A stretch of DNA of 64,000 nucleotides, taken from NCBI GenBank assembly GCA_023261505.1, contig JAHFOV010000003.1, positions 3,911 to 67,910 of the forward strand, written 5' to 3'. Positions 63,051 to 64,000 of the stretch are shown here, piece by piece. A program made the translations under genes and the position numbers. The notes beneath the pieces are model-generated. The model searched no databases, was not told the DNA's origin, and saw only the letters and a list, made by a program, of their open reading frames with translations. The DNA comes from Planctomycetota bacterium. Its GTDB lineage: Bacteria; Planctomycetota; Brocadiia; Brocadiales; Bathyanammoxibiaceae. Each line of letters starts with the position of its first letter. Positions within the stretch are counted from its first letter, which is position 1.

Positions 63051-64000
63051 TTACATTGATGTTTTTTTGTGTGTCACTACACCATCGCCTTCCTTCTCTA
63101 AGGGAAATTCTTCACAAGCAAGTACCAGCTTGGTTTCTCCCTGGAAGGTTTTGCGCATAAGTTCTACGGTTAGGGAGGTATTTTCCTTTAAGTCACTCCT
63201 GGGAATAGAAAGACAGAATGCCCTTTTTTCTCCGGACTTGAGAGAGGTTTCCATTTCTACAAAGAAGCTTTCCTCTTTTATTAGGATTCCATCGCCTCCC
63301 GGCCCTTTTAAACTTATCTTCAATACTACCTCCCTGTAACCATAATCCCCAGTAGGGAGCGAGTGGGGTATTGAGGTATTTTCTACAACTACTTTGCCCT
63401 GAAAGTTGGGGCCTCCTGCTCCTTCAGCTTCACCCTGGACAAGCTTCAGTCCTTCCAGGTCTATCCTTACAAGCCTCTCTGAGGCGAGTTTCCCTGAGGC
63501 TGACTCCACAGGAGAGAATGTATGTCTTTTTATGTCTTTTCCCCTATACAGCCGCTGCCATGGGTCGTCCTGGATAAGTTTCCTTTTTACCGCTGGCATA
63601 TGACAGTGCTGACAAGTCTTTTTGTCCTTTTGAGCAGACTCTTGCCACTCCTTAAAGGTTTTTATATGGCATTTTCCGCAGAGCTTACTCTTAAGGTAAA
63701 GTTTATATTCCTGTCCCACCGGATGAGGTGACCTAGACTTTAAAGGTCCGGCCAACTTACAATCCTCTGTCAGGTGGCAACTATCGCAATTTACCCCTTC
63801 TTCCAGTTTTGTTGTTCTTGGCCTTGGTTCCCCCTCCACATACATACTCTCAGGAACATGGCAACCCAGGCAGAACTTAAAGCTGTAGTCTTGGGTGCCC
63901 TCCTTAAAGTCCTCACTTGAAAAGCTGCTGGCATGAGGCGAGGTTTCCCATTCCTTATAAATTTCTACGTGGCATTCGCCGCACCTCTCTGCAGGCGGAG
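63051..64000 (-). CDS. Multihaem cytochrome c with a haem-free beta-rich C-terminal domain, 5'-truncated by the window edge
   Basis: The frame stays open to base 64000 (..PPAERCGECHVEIYKEWETSPHA..FCLGCHVPES-MYVEG..). Five CxxCH motifs are visible: CGECH, CLGCH, CDSCH, CGKCH and CQHCH. Confidence 0.85.
   Translation of the reverse strand, partial: PPAERCGECHVEIYKEWETSPHASSFSSEDFKEGTQDYSFKFCLGCHVPESMYVEGEPRPRTTKLEEGVNCDSCHLTEDCKLAGPLKSRSPHPVGQEYKLYLKSKLCGKCHIKTFKEWQESAQKDKKTCQHCHMPAVKRKLIQDDPWQRLYRGKDIKRHTFSPVESASGKLASERLVRIDLEGLKLVQGEAEGAGGPNFQGKVVVENTSIPHSLPTGDYGYREVVLKISLKGPGGDGILIKEESFFVEMETSLKSGEKRAFCLSIPRSDLKENTSLTVELMRKTFQGETKLVLACEEFPLEKEGDGVVTHKKTSM

Noticed and set aside
1-64000. CRISPR arrays
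   Set aside because: All tandem repeats seen are contiguous 7-8-nt units or short hairpins without unique spacers. No repeat-spacer periodicity of 25-40 nt is present and no cas genes were seen.
1-64000. Genome-wide reassignment of TGA (code 4 or 25) to explain the two in-frame TGAs
   Set aside because: Many well-supported genes terminate at TGA, for example the OFOR beta subunit, operon genes A, C and F, and the J-domain gene. TGA is therefore a normal stop here. The fdhA case is classic Sec.

Overview
This is a 64-kb chromosomal window from a Gram-negative, probably anaerobic bacterium. That inference rests on LptD, a four-subunit 2-oxoacid:ferredoxin oxidoreductase, a selenocysteine formate dehydrogenase and multihaem cytochromes c. 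The lineage cannot be fixed from sequence alone. I count about 60 credible protein genes and one tRNA(CAU). I found no rRNA, CRISPR array, transposase or integrase. The housekeeping backbone is tig-clpP, a UbiA-type prenyltransferase, purC, nth, thrC, trpE, purD, htrA, topA, hom, an aldehyde dehydrogenase, fdhA (TGA-encoded Sec with a SECIS-like hairpin), a thioredoxin-NHL protein, isoaspartyl peptidase, OFOR delta-alpha-beta-gamma, nadK, dxs, ymdB, coaD and lptD. Six things deserve a second look. (1) A tightly coupled seven-gene operon (14.7-21.7 kb) has a MutL/GlmL-family ASKHA ATPase, a hybrid-barrel/KOW protein and four membrane proteins, with no assignable function. (2) Four tandem paralogous, roughly 400-aa GspG-like pseudopilins (54.4-59.4 kb) carry large C-terminal extensions and lie beside a three-gene multihaem cytochrome cluster. 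(3) A MamK-like actin is translationally coupled to a coiled-coil protein, with no other magnetosome genes nearby. (4) A pervasive family of heptamer-periodic, hairpin-forming intergenic repeats sometimes runs into coding ends. (5) An AT-rich accessory islet holds an AlbA_2-like gene, an unknown gene and a metallophosphoesterase preceded by paired palindromic operators. (6) A membrane-protein gene is interrupted by a single in-frame TGA in a genome that decodes Sec. All functional calls come from motif recognition by eye. No database search or computation was possible.
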